From a virus (taxonomy: Duplodnaviria; Heunggongvirae; Uroviricota; Caudoviricetes), in IMG/VR virus record IMGVR_UViG_2541047777_000012: a DNA stretch of 38,285 bases; one strand, written 5' to 3'. Under the pieces are notes generated by a model, which saw nothing but the letters and a program-made list of their open reading frames with translations, had not been told where the DNA came from and ran no database searches. Below are positions 8,068-17,408 of the stretch, one piece after another. The stretch's first letter is position 1, and each line of letters opens with the position of its first letter. The position numbers and the translations under genes are program-made.

Positions 8068-10515
8068 TTAACCGTCATGCATCATGCTGGCACGGGCGCG
8101 CGCACGTTTATCCCGCTCGTATTTTTCGAGCGCATCCTGTAACTGGCGGTCGAGCTGAGTCCCCGGCGCAGTACCGCCCGTCAGACTGATGTGATATTCG
8201 TTTTTACTCTGGTCCACATAAGAGCGGCCAGCCGGTGCCGTAACCGGCTGATAAGCCTGATAGCCTGCATAAGAGCTGGTCGCCGGAATATAACCACCGG
8301 TGCCATACGTGGCGGCATGAGTTCTGGCGGCGGTCTGGTCAAGCGTGCCTGACTCTTTGTTGATAACACCGAGTTTTTCCAGTACCCAGTCAATACCGCT
8401 GCGCAGTTTGTTGAACGCATTAAGCGGCAGCATCAACGCGTCAGCCAGTGCCTGCCCGAACATGACGCCCGTATCACGGCAACGGTTCAGGGTGTCCCGG
8501 GTGGCTTTGACCGGGGCAATCAGGTTTTTAAACCACTGCCACGCGGCCTGTAACTTTTCGCCCAGCCAGTCAAACACCGGCTTAAGTGGCGTGAACAGTT
8601 CCCCCACCGGCGCAAATGCCGCTTTCAGCCCTTCAACCACACCGCCAAAGAATGCGCTGACAGGCTCCCAGTATTTACGGATAAGTAACGCCCCGGCGAC
8701 AATGGCGGCCACCACGGCCACAACCGGCCAGCTAATCGCCCCGATGGCCGTCATAACAGCACTGCCAACCGTCGTGAAGATTGCTCCCATTGCGCCTGCT
8801 GCCGCGATGATGGCATTGATGCCGGTGATAACCGGCCAGGCTACGAGGCCAATGGCACCGATGACACCAATCAGTGCCAGTGCACCACCGACAATGATGC
8901 CGATGGTTGACGCCAGTGATTTGTTTTTCTGTATCCAGCCGTCGAGTTTTAACACATACTTTGTGGCCGTCTGCGTGAGCTTACGCAGTGCGCCTTCCTG
9001 CTGGTCAAACAGGTCAGTCCCCACCGCCTCATAAGCGGACTGAAACTCCTTAAAGTCACCGCCGAGGTTGTCCTGCATGATATTTACCAGCTCGGCGGTC
9101 TTCCCGTCTGAGGCTTTAAACGCAGCGGTCAGTTTGTCCAGCTTTCCAGTTGAGGCGGCAGTCATCAGCACGGCGGCGGCTGAGCTGGCCTCCTCCCCGA
9201 AAATAGTTTTCATGTATTCAGCCTGCTGGGCAGTACCGAGCCGGTTTTTCTCAAAACTGGCCTGCATTTCTTTCAGAATGGTAAATACTGGTCGAGTATT
9301 CCCTTTACTGTCTGAGGTTTTCACGCCAAGCTCTTTCAGTGCATCCCATGCTTTTCCCGTCGGTGCCTGCAGGCGGCTTAACACGGCACGGCTTCCCGTC
9401 CCCGCCATTGAACCGGTAATTTTTGCATCATGCAGCGCCCCGACCATTGCGGCGGTTTCTTCAATGCTGACACCGGCATTTTTTGCCACTGGTGCGGCAT
9501 AGGTCAGCGCATCGCTCATACCGTCAAAATCGGCGGCGGTTTTGTTCATCGTCATGGAGAGAACATCCCCGATATGAGCGACCTTATCGTTTGAAAGCTG
9601 AAAGGCGGATTTCATCCCCATCAGCAGGGCGGCGTTTTCTTCCATCGTGCGACGGTTCGCCAGCGCCATATTCAGCGTGACCGGCGTTGCCGCCTGAATG
9701 GCATCAACATCCCCACCGGCTTTCGCAATAATAATCTGCGCACCGGCTGCATCATCTGCCGAGGCTGCGGTATTGTCGCCGAGCTGGCGCGCCTGCTTGC
9801 GTAGTGCAGCCATTTCGGCGGAGTCTTTTGCCACACCGAGCACGGCCTGCAATTCTGAGTTTTTCTGCGCAAACTCATAACCGGGCATCAGCAACTTAAC
9901 TCCGGCCATCGTTCCCGCAGCAGCAATCCCCACACCGGCAGCGCCCACTGAGGCCATATTTCCGGCCAGTTCCTTTCCGGCCTGATAACGCTGTTTTACT
10001 GCGTTAAGTTTTGCCTGTTGTGCACTGACACGCGCCAGCGCGTCACGCTGACGGTTAAGCTGTGCGGTGGTTTCACTGATACGGTTTTTCAGTCCCTGCT
10101 CATCATGTGCAAGATTGCGGGTATTAATTCCCACAGCGGCCAGTTCCCGCTGCTGGCGTTTAATGGAATCTGTCAGGCGGTTATATTTCGCCTGTAAGTC
10201 CTCCGCCGCACGCTTTGCGGATTCCAGCACTTTCGCCTGAGCACGGGTCGGACGTTCAGTGTTTTTAAACTGTGTGGCAAGGGCTTCGGCTTCCTGCCGT
10301 GCCTTTTCAAGTGCATGACCAGTCACGGCAAGCTGTGCGCTGGTCTTGCGAAATCCCTCAATACGGGATGCGTGACCGTTCAGCTCGCGCAGTGATTTTT
10401 GTGTTTCCCGGATATCCCCCGACAGCGACTTACTCGCTGTGCGGATGGATTTAAACGGGCGGGATGCCTGGTCAACAGCCCTGAGCAATACCTGTAATTT
10501 TACATTGTTACTCAT
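8068..10515 (-). CDS. T: tail tape measure protein gpT
   Basis: 815 aa, Ala/Gly-rich with coiled-coil N-terminal part and hydrophobic central segments, located between E/E' and U. Confidence 0.9.
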   Translation of the reverse strand: MSNNVKLQVLLRAVDQASRPFKSIRTASKSLSGDIRETQKSLRELNGHASRIEGFRKTSAQLAVTGHALEKARQEAEALATQFKNTERPTRAQAKVLESAKRAAEDLQAKYNRLTDSIKRQQRELAAVGINTRNLAHDEQGLKNRISETTAQLNRQRDALARVSAQQAKLNAVKQRYQAGKELAGNMASVGAAGVGIAAAGTMAGVKLLMPGYEFAQKNSELQAVLGVAKDSAEMAALRKQARQLGDNTAASADDAAGAQIIIAKAGGDVDAIQAATPVTLNMALANRRTMEENAALLMGMKSAFQLSNDKVAHIGDVLSMTMNKTAADFDGMSDALTYAAPVAKNAGVSIEETAAMVGALHDAKITGSMAGTGSRAVLSRLQAPTGKAWDALKELGVKTSDSKGNTRPVFTILKEMQASFEKNRLGTAQQAEYMKTIFGEEASSAAAVLMTAASTGKLDKLTAAFKASDGKTAELVNIMQDNLGGDFKEFQSAYEAVGTDLFDQQEGALRKLTQTATKYVLKLDGWIQKNKSLASTIGIIVGGALALIGVIGAIGLVAWPVITGINAIIAAAGAMGAIFTTVGSAVMTAIGAISWPVVAVVAAIVAGALLIRKYWEPVSAFFGGVVEGLKAAFAPVGELFTPLKPVFDWLGEKLQAAWQWFKNLIAPVKATRDTLNRCRDTGVMFGQALADALMLPLNAFNKLRSGIDWVLEKLGVINKESGTLDQTAARTHAATYGTGGYIPATSSYAGYQAYQPVTAPAGRSYVDQSKNEYHISLTGGTAPGTQLDRQLQDALEKYERDKRARARASMMHDG

Positions 10516-10935
10516 TCGTGTTTCCGCTTCGCCGGAGCGCCTTTTCGCGCCATGTGATGAGTTCGGTCAGGCTCATGGGATACAGTTCTGATGGCGGCCA
10601 GTGAAATATCACTGCCACATCCGCCATCAGGTCATCGACCGAGAGATTTTTCGGGAACGTTACTGCACCGAGTTCGGCGACAAAAAACCGACCACCTTAC
10701 CGGCCAGCGCCACAAGGTCAGGCAGTTCCAGCGCGGCGACTTCCTGCTCGGTCAGCATCGGTGCCGTCATGCGCGGCAGCACCTTAATCAGTGCATCGAC
10801 TTCGGAGTTCGCGACCGCAGCCAGACTGACACCGCGCAGCGTCCCGGCATTAGGTTTCATCAGCGTGACCTGTTCGATAACCTGCTCACCACGCTTGACC
10901 GGATTGTCCAGGGTAATCACATTTTCTTTGTTCAT
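10508..10935 (-). CDS. E': gpE+E', predicted -1 programmed frameshift product of the tail chaperone (about 142 aa)
   Basis: From the TTTTTTG slippery site (plus coordinates 10681..10687) the -1 frame stays open to a TAA at 10508..10510, overlapping the T start as in P2. I translated this frame by hand. Confidence 0.7.
10660..10935 (-). CDS. E: tail assembly chaperone gpE
   Basis: 91 aa, same length as P2 gpE; contains the slippery run GGTTTTTTG near its 3' end. Confidence 0.85.
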   Translation of the reverse strand: MNKENVITLDNPVKRGEQVIEQVTLMKPNAGTLRGVSLAAVANSEVDALIKVLPRMTAPMLTEQEVAALELPDLVALAGKVVGFLSPNSVQ

Positions 10936-10991
10936 GGTTTTCTCACTTCTGAATCGGGGTTAACCGGTCAGCCAGGCTGACCGGATGAAAA

Positions 10992-11510
10992 TCACAGGCC
11001 GATATTGCGGCGGTGTTGCTCCAGCCGGTCGACGCCGTTCACCTTCTCAATCATGTTGATGGTGTCGATTTCGACCAGCTCCTTACCGTCCATCGTCAGC
11101 CGGAAATAGGTGCAGACCACGGAGATTTTCGACTCGGTGTCTTCTCCCTGTTTGCCCTCGCCGGTGTCGATTTCTTTCTGACGTCCACGCATGACCACCT
11201 CGACGGCCACCGTTTCGCCGGTATCGTCGCGCTGGTAAGAGCCTGCAAAACGAATCGGTACGGAATCCACACCGGTTGCGGCGTAAAGCTCCCAGATAAC
11301 CGAATCCGGGAAGCCACCGAGCGACCACTCCATTGACAGCGCATCGTCATCAAGGCCGAGGTCTACCGGTGCGCTGCCGTTCATCCCCGCACCGCGATAG
11401 TTTTCGAGCTTACGGGTCAGTTTTGGTAGCGTGACGGACTTCGCGACGCCCTGATAGCTGTAGCCGTTCAGAAAGACGTTCATTAACTTGAGTTTGCGCG
11501 GCATTGCCAT
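10992..11510 (-). CDS. FII: tail tube protein gpFII
   Basis: 172 aa, P2 FII length and position. Confidence 0.9.
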   Translation of the reverse strand: MAMPRKLKLMNVFLNGYSYQGVAKSVTLPKLTRKLENYRGAGMNGSAPVDLGLDDDALSMEWSLGGFPDSVIWELYAATGVDSVPIRFAGSYQRDDTGETVAVEVVMRGRQKEIDTGEGKQGEDTESKISVVCTYFRLTMDGKELVEIDTINMIEKVNGVDRLEQHRRNIGL

Positions 11511-11522
11511 CGGTCAGGCTCC

Positions 11523-12713
11523 TTAATTGCTGTTAACCGAGGTGACCAGATTTGCCAGGTATTTATCGGTAATACGCTGGCGCAGGGTCAGGTTTTCAAG
11601 AGGAGGCACCGGTGTATAGTCGTAGTCGATATACAGTTTTCCGGCCTTGAGGGTTTCCGCATCGTTGGATTCTTCGCTGAACCAGCAGGTCGCATCCACG
11701 ATATAGCCGTTTGTTTTCAGCTCACGGAATTTGGCATTGATGCCGTCAACGATGTCGCGAATCAGCGTTGCGGTGATGGGCTTGTCCACCGCCCACATGT
11801 GCGCCTCAGCCATCGTATCGGCCAGCACCTGCGCGGTGCGGGTGTAGTTTTCAAAGAGGAAAAGCGGGTCATCAGAGCAGGTACGGTTACCCCAGAATCG
11901 GAAACCGTCACGGCGAATCAGCGTAGTGATGCCTGACTCGTTAAGCAGGTCAGCATCGGTGCCGGACTCCTGCAAATCCCAGAATACAGATGCGCTGATG
12001 CCGGTAACACCGTTCACCCCGACATTGGACAGTGTTTTATGCCAGCCCTGCTCCTGGTCGATTCTGGCACGCAGACCCAGCGCACGGGCGGTGGCATACG
12101 CGGTGGCGGTGGTGCTGGTGACCGTATCCCATGCGAGGAAATCCGGCCAGATGACCATCAGCTCACGCTGGCTGAAATTCTGGCGGTAGGCTTTCACCTC
12201 GGAAATGGTCTTACAGCCCCATGCGCTGATATACCCGAAAGCGCGCAGCTTCTGACAGACGGATACCAGTGCAACAGCCACCTCTTTGGTGTCCAGTCCC
12301 GGCACACCGAGAATACGCGGTTTAACACCGGTTACCGACTCCGCCGCCAGCAGGGCTTTCAGTCCGGTGTACTGACCGTTTTCGTCGGTAGTGCCGATGA
12401 TATTGGAAACGGTCTGCGCGAGTTTCGTTTCCTCGTCGTCGCCGGTGCCGTCTTCCACACGCACGACAACGGTGACCGGTTTTGACTGGTCGGCGATGGC
12501 CTGCAACGATGCCGCCAGCGTGCCTTTTTTACCGGCCTTTGCAATTGCGCTCTGCACATTGGTTATCAGCACCGGTTTATTGAGGGGGAAGGTTTCCGCA
12601 TCCGCATCGCTGGCCGTGCAGACCATGCCGACAATGGCCGTGGATACGGTGGAAATGACGCGGGTGCCGTCGTTAATCTCCAGCACCTGCACGCCGTGAT
12701 GATAGTCACTCAT
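11523..12713 (-). CDS. FI: contractile tail sheath protein gpFI
   Basis: 396 aa, P2 FI length and position (MSDYHHGVQVLEINDGTRVISTV...). Confidence 0.9.
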   Translation of the reverse strand: MSDYHHGVQVLEINDGTRVISTVSTAIVGMVCTASDADAETFPLNKPVLITNVQSAIAKAGKKGTLAASLQAIADQSKPVTVVVRVEDGTGDDEETKLAQTVSNIIGTTDENGQYTGLKALLAAESVTGVKPRILGVPGLDTKEVAVALVSVCQKLRAFGYISAWGCKTISEVKAYRQNFSQRELMVIWPDFLAWDTVTSTTATAYATARALGLRARIDQEQGWHKTLSNVGVNGVTGISASVFWDLQESGTDADLLNESGITTLIRRDGFRFWGNRTCSDDPLFLFENYTRTAQVLADTMAEAHMWAVDKPITATLIRDIVDGINAKFRELKTNGYIVDATCWFSEESNDAETLKAGKLYIDYDYTPVPPLENLTLRQRITDKYLANLVTSVNSN

Positions 12714-12817
12714 CCGTTTAACTCCGTGGTTAATGGGTGCAACTATTTTCTGTTGTGCAGAGTATGAGGCGCTATTTGACCTGGCTGGTCAGTGGATGAA
12801 ACAACAGATAAAGAAAA

Positions 12818-12836
12818 GGCGGGCAATTCGCCCGCC
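12818..12836 (-). terminator. GC-rich hairpin with a T-rich tract on the minus strand, between the cargo gene and FI
   Basis: ggcgggc-aatt-gcccgcc stem-loop; on the minus strand it is followed by ttttctttatct. Confidence 0.4.
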
Positions 12837-13113
12837 TGTCCTGATTTGTACTCACTCATTTTCCGCCTGACAATTTACATAGCCCAAATGCTATCAAATC
12901 TGACAGCCTGCTTTGAGCGAGTAACTAAATTTGATTTAAATAAATTATAAGGATTCAAATGTTATTGGCACAAATTCCTGAGATGCAAACAGTCACACTA
13001 AGTGTTCAAACAAGGTTCTGGACTACGGCTAACTCATCAGTTAAGTTTGTTTCCGACCTGTCGTTTCTTCCCTGTCAGGAGTCACTTTTCGTGTTATTTT
13101 TTAAGGATGTTTT

Positions 13114-13893
13114 ATGAGTAATGAAACACAATCATTCCTTAGTCAATTGCTAATATCCATAATCTCTATATCTTTAGGGTCATTTCTTTTTGCTGGAATC
13201 CTAGAGAGCTACAAAAAAGACCCAGATCTTCAGGAGGAGTTTATAAAGGATTACTTTAGGCCAATGATGAAATTACAAAGTTCTTGTTCATCTTCACATA
13301 ATGAACTATTTCTAAAGTATGGAGAGTTATCTGCTTCTTATCAGCTCATGTATAATGAAATAGTACATATGGCAATGAGCCCTGATTCAGAATTAGGACA
13401 ACATTATGAAGTTCTCCCGATGTCTCTTATTAAAACAAATGAAGAGTTAAAAAAAAGAGTTGAAGATCTTGAAATGACGGTAAAAAAATGCAATATCGAT
13501 TTATTCCTTAAGTACGAAGAGCTTGCATTAGTTACTGGTTCATATCCAGAGTTTAAGAGGCTGGCGAAAAAACACACTGACACAATTAACTCCATCTATT
13601 CAGAAAGACAAAAAAAAGCAAAGGGAAATGCAAAAAATATAGACCCTGATCAACTAATTCCATTGATGCGGAAATATATTGCCATGGATCCACACACCAA
13701 TGTAAACAAATCCATGCTTGCCAGTGAAATTGATAACATATCTAAACTAACAACACAGCATAATTTGATAATGGCAGAATATGAGGAGTTAATTTTCAAA
13801 GAAGATAATGATTTATTTATAACTCTTCATGATCTTTATGCAATCAAAATTAGTGAAAAGTATTCAGGTGGATTTATCAGTTGGATATTTTAA
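13114..13893 (+). CDS. hypothetical membrane-anchored protein (259 aa) occupying the P2 Z/fun cargo position; candidate exclusion or abortive-infection factor
   Basis: AAGGA RBS 5 nt upstream of the ATG; a single N-terminal hydrophobic helix (LLISIISISLGSFLFAGIL) followed by a Lys/Glu-rich soluble region. Clearly AT-rich, and convergent with the flanking late genes. Confidence 0.7.
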   Translation: MSNETQSFLSQLLISIISISLGSFLFAGILESYKKDPDLQEEFIKDYFRPMMKLQSSCSSSHNELFLKYGELSASYQLMYNEIVHMAMSPDSELGQHYEVLPMSLIKTNEELKKRVEDLEMTVKKCNIDLFLKYEELALVTGSYPEFKRLAKKHTDTINSIYSERQKKAKGNAKNIDPDQLIPLMRKYIAMDPHTNVNKSMLASEIDNISKLTTQHNLIMAEYEELIFKEDNDLFITLHDLYAIKISEKYSGGFISWIF

Positions 13894-14044
13894 AACATGA
13901 TAACTCATCAGATACAATGCTAACTATGTAGAACGCGTAAATCTGTGAAGGTTACCAATGTGTTAGGTAATGTCCGCTCCTTGCACAGAGCGGACTGTCA
14001 GATTAGGCTTTACTCTGTGCTATAGATATGTCAGCTCATACAAC

Positions 14045-14572
14045 TTATTGCGGCATTTCCGGCCATTCAGGATTTGCAGGATCCACACGGCTGACCAGAA
14101 CACTGTAGCGTTCCCATGCTTCCAGTCGGCTACGCTCCTCATCTGTTGCCATGTTCAGCCTGACAGCGCGCTCCAGTGGCTGAATAACGCTTTCCGCTTC
14201 GGAAAGTAACGCGGCCTTTTGTGATTCTGCCTGTTGTTGCTGTTCGTCTGCCGTATAAATCCGCTTAATCACGGCACCATCCTTAAACATCCATTTACCT
14301 GAGTCATCAGCACGTCGGTTGGCGGTAATATCAGGAACCTCGACAACGTTAAAACCTTCAGGGTTAAGCGTTGAAGCATCTCTGGTGATGCCGACAATTA
14401 TATTATTCTCGTCGTAAACAATCTTTATCGTGTCTTCCTGAAAATTACTTACTTCCTCATACCAGTTTTTTCCCTCTTCGGACCATAACCAGATAACATC
14501 AAAATTTTTTGTCAGTTGATATTGGGCAACAGTTTTTGGATTACCCGCAGTAATATTTTTTAAATGCTGCAT
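14045..14572 (-). CDS. G: tail fibre assembly protein gpG
   Basis: 175 aa, P2 gpG-like (MQHLKNI...[12 protein letters not shown]). Confidence 0.9.
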   Translation of the reverse strand: MQHLKNITAGNPKTVAQYQLTKNFDVIWLWSEEGKNWYEEVSNFQEDTIKIVYDENNIIVGITRDASTLNPEGFNVVEVPDITANRRADDSGKWMFKDGAVIKRIYTADEQQQQAESQKAALLSEAESVIQPLERAVRLNMATDEERSRLEAWERYSVLVSRVDPANPEWPEMPQ

Positions 14573-14575
14573 AAA

Positions 14576-16870
14576 TTACACCTGTGCGACGTTATACCAT
14601 GTGCCATTGATGTATTTTTGTATTGGTCTGAATACTGCGGGATCATCACCATCGACTTCACCGACAATACCAAGCCCGGTAATTACGTGCCCTGCTTTCT
14701 CATACATCACCCCTTTCTGCATGGTCTGGACAACTCGAGTCCCAAGCCGGATATCGCGTACATAACGGGAATCAAAATTACTATAGTTAGATGGTGATAC
14801 CTGACCGTTAACAGCAAACGTGATGCTGTTATCTGTATTTCTCTGACTGTAAAAATGCCAGCCTGCATCATCACCTAATTCAGCCACCACCGGACGACTT
14901 GAGTTTCCCCACAAATTGAATGCGGCTTCCTTCGTGGATGTATTACTGCTGCTGACCGTGAATTTTTTCCCGCTACCGGCACGTACTTTGGTACTTGAGG
15001 CAATATCACCAGTAACACTCAGGCCATGCCCCATTGACACTCCGCCATTAGCGTTATTGATAGTCAGCGGCCTTAAACCGTTCCATGTCCCAAATTTATC
15101 GCCAGAGGCCGTCAGCATTAAATATGTGCTGCCGCCATCATTCCTGATAAAGAATCCATAATTGCCATAAGCAATGCGCAGACCATTAGCACTGAGTGAT
15201 GTAATCTCACCTCTTGAACGGAGACCATAAGCGGAGCTGAGTGATAATTCTTCCTGAGCGTCATAGTTTCCTGTCGCCCAGCGAATTACCCCGCCCTGTA
15301 CTGTTTCATGCCAGATAGTGTCTCCTTCTCCACCACGAAACTTTCTGAGATATTTTTTGCCGCCTCTGGTGCCTGAACATAAGGCCGTAGACATATAGGC
15401 ATTCTGGCTTCCGCCATCCTGATTAATCGTTCCGGTCATTGCGTCGCCCTGACGATTCCAGTCACGACGCCAGCCGGGGGAGTAGCCGTCCCCATGATTA
15501 ATGTAAGTGAATTGCGCGCTGGTTGTACCGCCACCACTTGATGTTGTCGGCGTGGTCACTCGAATAGTGATTGCAGATTTAGTTCCCATGACCTCGACGA
15601 CACAACCAGCCAGGTGGATATCACCACATCCGGTATCCGTAATGATTTTGTTATTTGCATATGACCAGGAGCCTTTGCACATCCAGTACGGATGATTAAA
15701 TGCACCACGGGAATCCAGCCATTCAATAAACTGAGCGGTTGTCCAGTTTCCGGCTTCAGTGCTCAAAGCGCCGCTATAAGCACGACAGGCACCGATATTT
15801 TTCGTGAAGGTATCCTTTCCCGGAATATCCGCACCGTTCTGATCTTTCTGAAGACGTTTTTCAGCATTGTCATAGGCAGACTTCACCGCTTTTGATGTTG
15901 CAGCCAGCGTTTCAGAATCGCTGTTGGTGGCGCTACTGAGCTGGACAAGACCTTTTCGCGCTGTGGTGGCATCCTGTGCAGTGTATTTCCCGTTAGCAAG
16001 GTCATACGCTGTCTTAACCGCCTTTGGTGTTGCCGCAAGCGTTTCAGAATCGCTGTTGGTGGCGCTACTGAGCTGAACAAGGCCTTTTCGCGCGGTGGTG
16101 GCGTCCTGTGCAGTGTATTTCCCGTTAGCAAGGTCATATGCTGCCTTTACCGCTTTCGGCGTTGCGGCGAGCGTTTCAGACATGCTGTTGGTCGCACTAC
16201 TGAGCTGGACAAGACCTTTTCGCGCTGTGGTAGCGTCCTGTGCGGTATATTTCCCGTTAGCAAGGTCATATGCGGCCTTAACCGCTTTCGGCGTTGCGGC
16301 CAGTGTTTCAGACGTACTGTTGGTCGCACTGCTTAACTGAGTAAAACCTTTTGCGGTCAGCGAGGCGTCCGGGTGACGTCGTGACTGTTCATGCTCTGCA
16401 ATCTTGTCATCAACGTAATCCTGCGTTGCCATCACCGTTGTGGTGTCAATAGTCAGCTCCACTGAGGCCACACTGCTGACGATGATGACCATGCGGCAGG
16501 TCTGCGAACGCCCTGAGCCTTCGGCAAGGGCAGGCTTATAACTTTCGGCCATGTTCGCCACGGCAATTAACGTTCCCGCATCATCGTACAGGCCAAGCTC
16601 ACGCATCCAGAAACCGCCCACCTCCGGCGGAATAACCAGCTCTGCGATAATATAATTACTGTTTCGTTTGTCCTGGCTGATTTTGTTCAGCGCATGTCGC
16701 CAGACTTCATGGATAAGCCCGGTCTGTCCGGCATCCGGGACAGGCAATTTACCCCCGCCATCCCCGACGGCCATCGTGGTAATGTTGACCTTCCGCCCTC
16801 CCGGTGCGGTTGCCGCTGCCAGCTTTGCTGCACCGGCAGTGGTGATAACGGTTCTGAATTTTGTGCTCAT
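14576..16870 (-). CDS. H: tail fibre protein gpH with expanded internal repeats
   Basis: 764 aa; P2 H-like N-terminus (MSTKFRTVITTAGAAKLAAATAPGG...) and C-terminus (...INGTWYNVAQV), with about 3.7 tandem copies of a 44-aa unit in the shaft. Confidence 0.9.
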   Translation of the reverse strand: MSTKFRTVITTAGAAKLAAATAPGGRKVNITTMAVGDGGGKLPVPDAGQTGLIHEVWRHALNKISQDKRNSNYIIAELVIPPEVGGFWMRELGLYDDAGTLIAVANMAESYKPALAEGSGRSQTCRMVIIVSSVASVELTIDTTTVMATQDYVDDKIAEHEQSRRHPDASLTAKGFTQLSSATNSTSETLAATPKAVKAAYDLANGKYTAQDATTARKGLVQLSSATNSMSETLAATPKAVKAAYDLANGKYTAQDATTARKGLVQLSSATNSDSETLAATPKAVKTAYDLANGKYTAQDATTARKGLVQLSSATNSDSETLAATSKAVKSAYDNAEKRLQKDQNGADIPGKDTFTKNIGACRAYSGALSTEAGNWTTAQFIEWLDSRGAFNHPYWMCKGSWSYANNKIITDTGCGDIHLAGCVVEVMGTKSAITIRVTTPTTSSGGGTTSAQFTYINHGDGYSPGWRRDWNRQGDAMTGTINQDGGSQNAYMSTALCSGTRGGKKYLRKFRGGEGDTIWHETVQGGVIRWATGNYDAQEELSLSSAYGLRSRGEITSLSANGLRIAYGNYGFFIRNDGGSTYLMLTASGDKFGTWNGLRPLTINNANGGVSMGHGLSVTGDIASSTKVRAGSGKKFTVSSSNTSTKEAAFNLWGNSSRPVVAELGDDAGWHFYSQRNTDNSITFAVNGQVSPSNYSNFDSRYVRDIRLGTRVVQTMQKGVMYEKAGHVITGLGIVGEVDGDDPAVFRPIQKYINGTWYNVAQV
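15855..16345. repeat. tandem 132-bp repeats (about 3.7 copies) inside the tail fibre gene H
   Basis: The motif agcgtttcag recurs at 15906, 16038, 16170 and 16302 (agtgtttcag in the last), i.e. an exact 132-bp period, giving the repeated peptide KAVKAAYDLANGKYTAQDATTARKGLVQLSSATNSxSETLAATP. Confidence 0.85.
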
Positions 16871-16880
16871 TATTCCTCAC

Positions 16881-17408
16881 TTATCCGGGGTAAACCGTAA
16901 TTACATCGCCGTCGTAAGCCACACCACCGGCGAACAGATAGCCGGGAATGTCCCGGGTAATGTTCAGGCCAATAAGGTGGCGGCTTGCAGGTTTGGCATC
17001 GGCAATCAGCCGTTCCATTTCCTGATACATTGCCTCTGTGATACCGCTTTCCAGTACACCAATATCAAGCCGGAAGGTGCCGGGCGGGTCACTGTTTTCC
17101 CACCACTCCGTCACGTTGATGAGATAGCCGAGCGGCTCCACCACACGCCGGATTGCACCTATAGTGCCTTTATGACAGTGGATGAAATACGCATCGCGGA
17201 TAACGGCGCGTTTTATCGCTTCCGGCCACTTTTCATCCCACCTGTCGACCGAAAACGCCCACGCCAGCCACGGCAGCAGATTTGCCGGACAGGTGTTCGG
17301 GTTCCACAGTTCACGAATACTGACCGGCGTTTTTTCAATTTCCGCACAGGCTTTTGCGGCAGCAATTTCAAGCGGTGATGAGCCGGTCGGCAGCAGGCGC
17401 TCACTCAT
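16881..17408 (-). CDS. I: baseplate protein gpI
   Basis: 175 aa, position and size as P2 gpI. Confidence 0.85.
   Translation of the reverse strand: MSERLLPTGSSPLEIAAAKACAEIEKTPVSIRELWNPNTCPANLLPWLAWAFSVDRWDEKWPEAIKRAVIRDAYFIHCHKGTIGAIRRVVEPLGYLINVTEWWENSDPPGTFRLDIGVLESGITEAMYQEMERLIADAKPASRHLIGLNITRDIPGYLFAGGVAYDGDVITVYPG

Noticed and set aside
8345-9880. Plus-strand ORFs of 60-229 aa overlapping the tape measure gene T
   Set aside because: Antisense to a confidently identified P2 structural gene; Ala/Ser/Pro-rich low-complexity translations typical of shadow ORFs.
15883-16340. Repeat array considered as a possible CRISPR array or as separate small genes
   Set aside because: The 132-bp period is coding and in frame within tail fibre gene H; there is no repeat-spacer architecture, and the small ORFs on both strands are generated by the tandem repeat.
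14045-16870. Possible invertible tail-fibre segment (Gin/Cin-type shufflon)
   Set aside because: No invertase gene and no inverted crossover repeats flank H or G; the only repeats are direct tandem copies.
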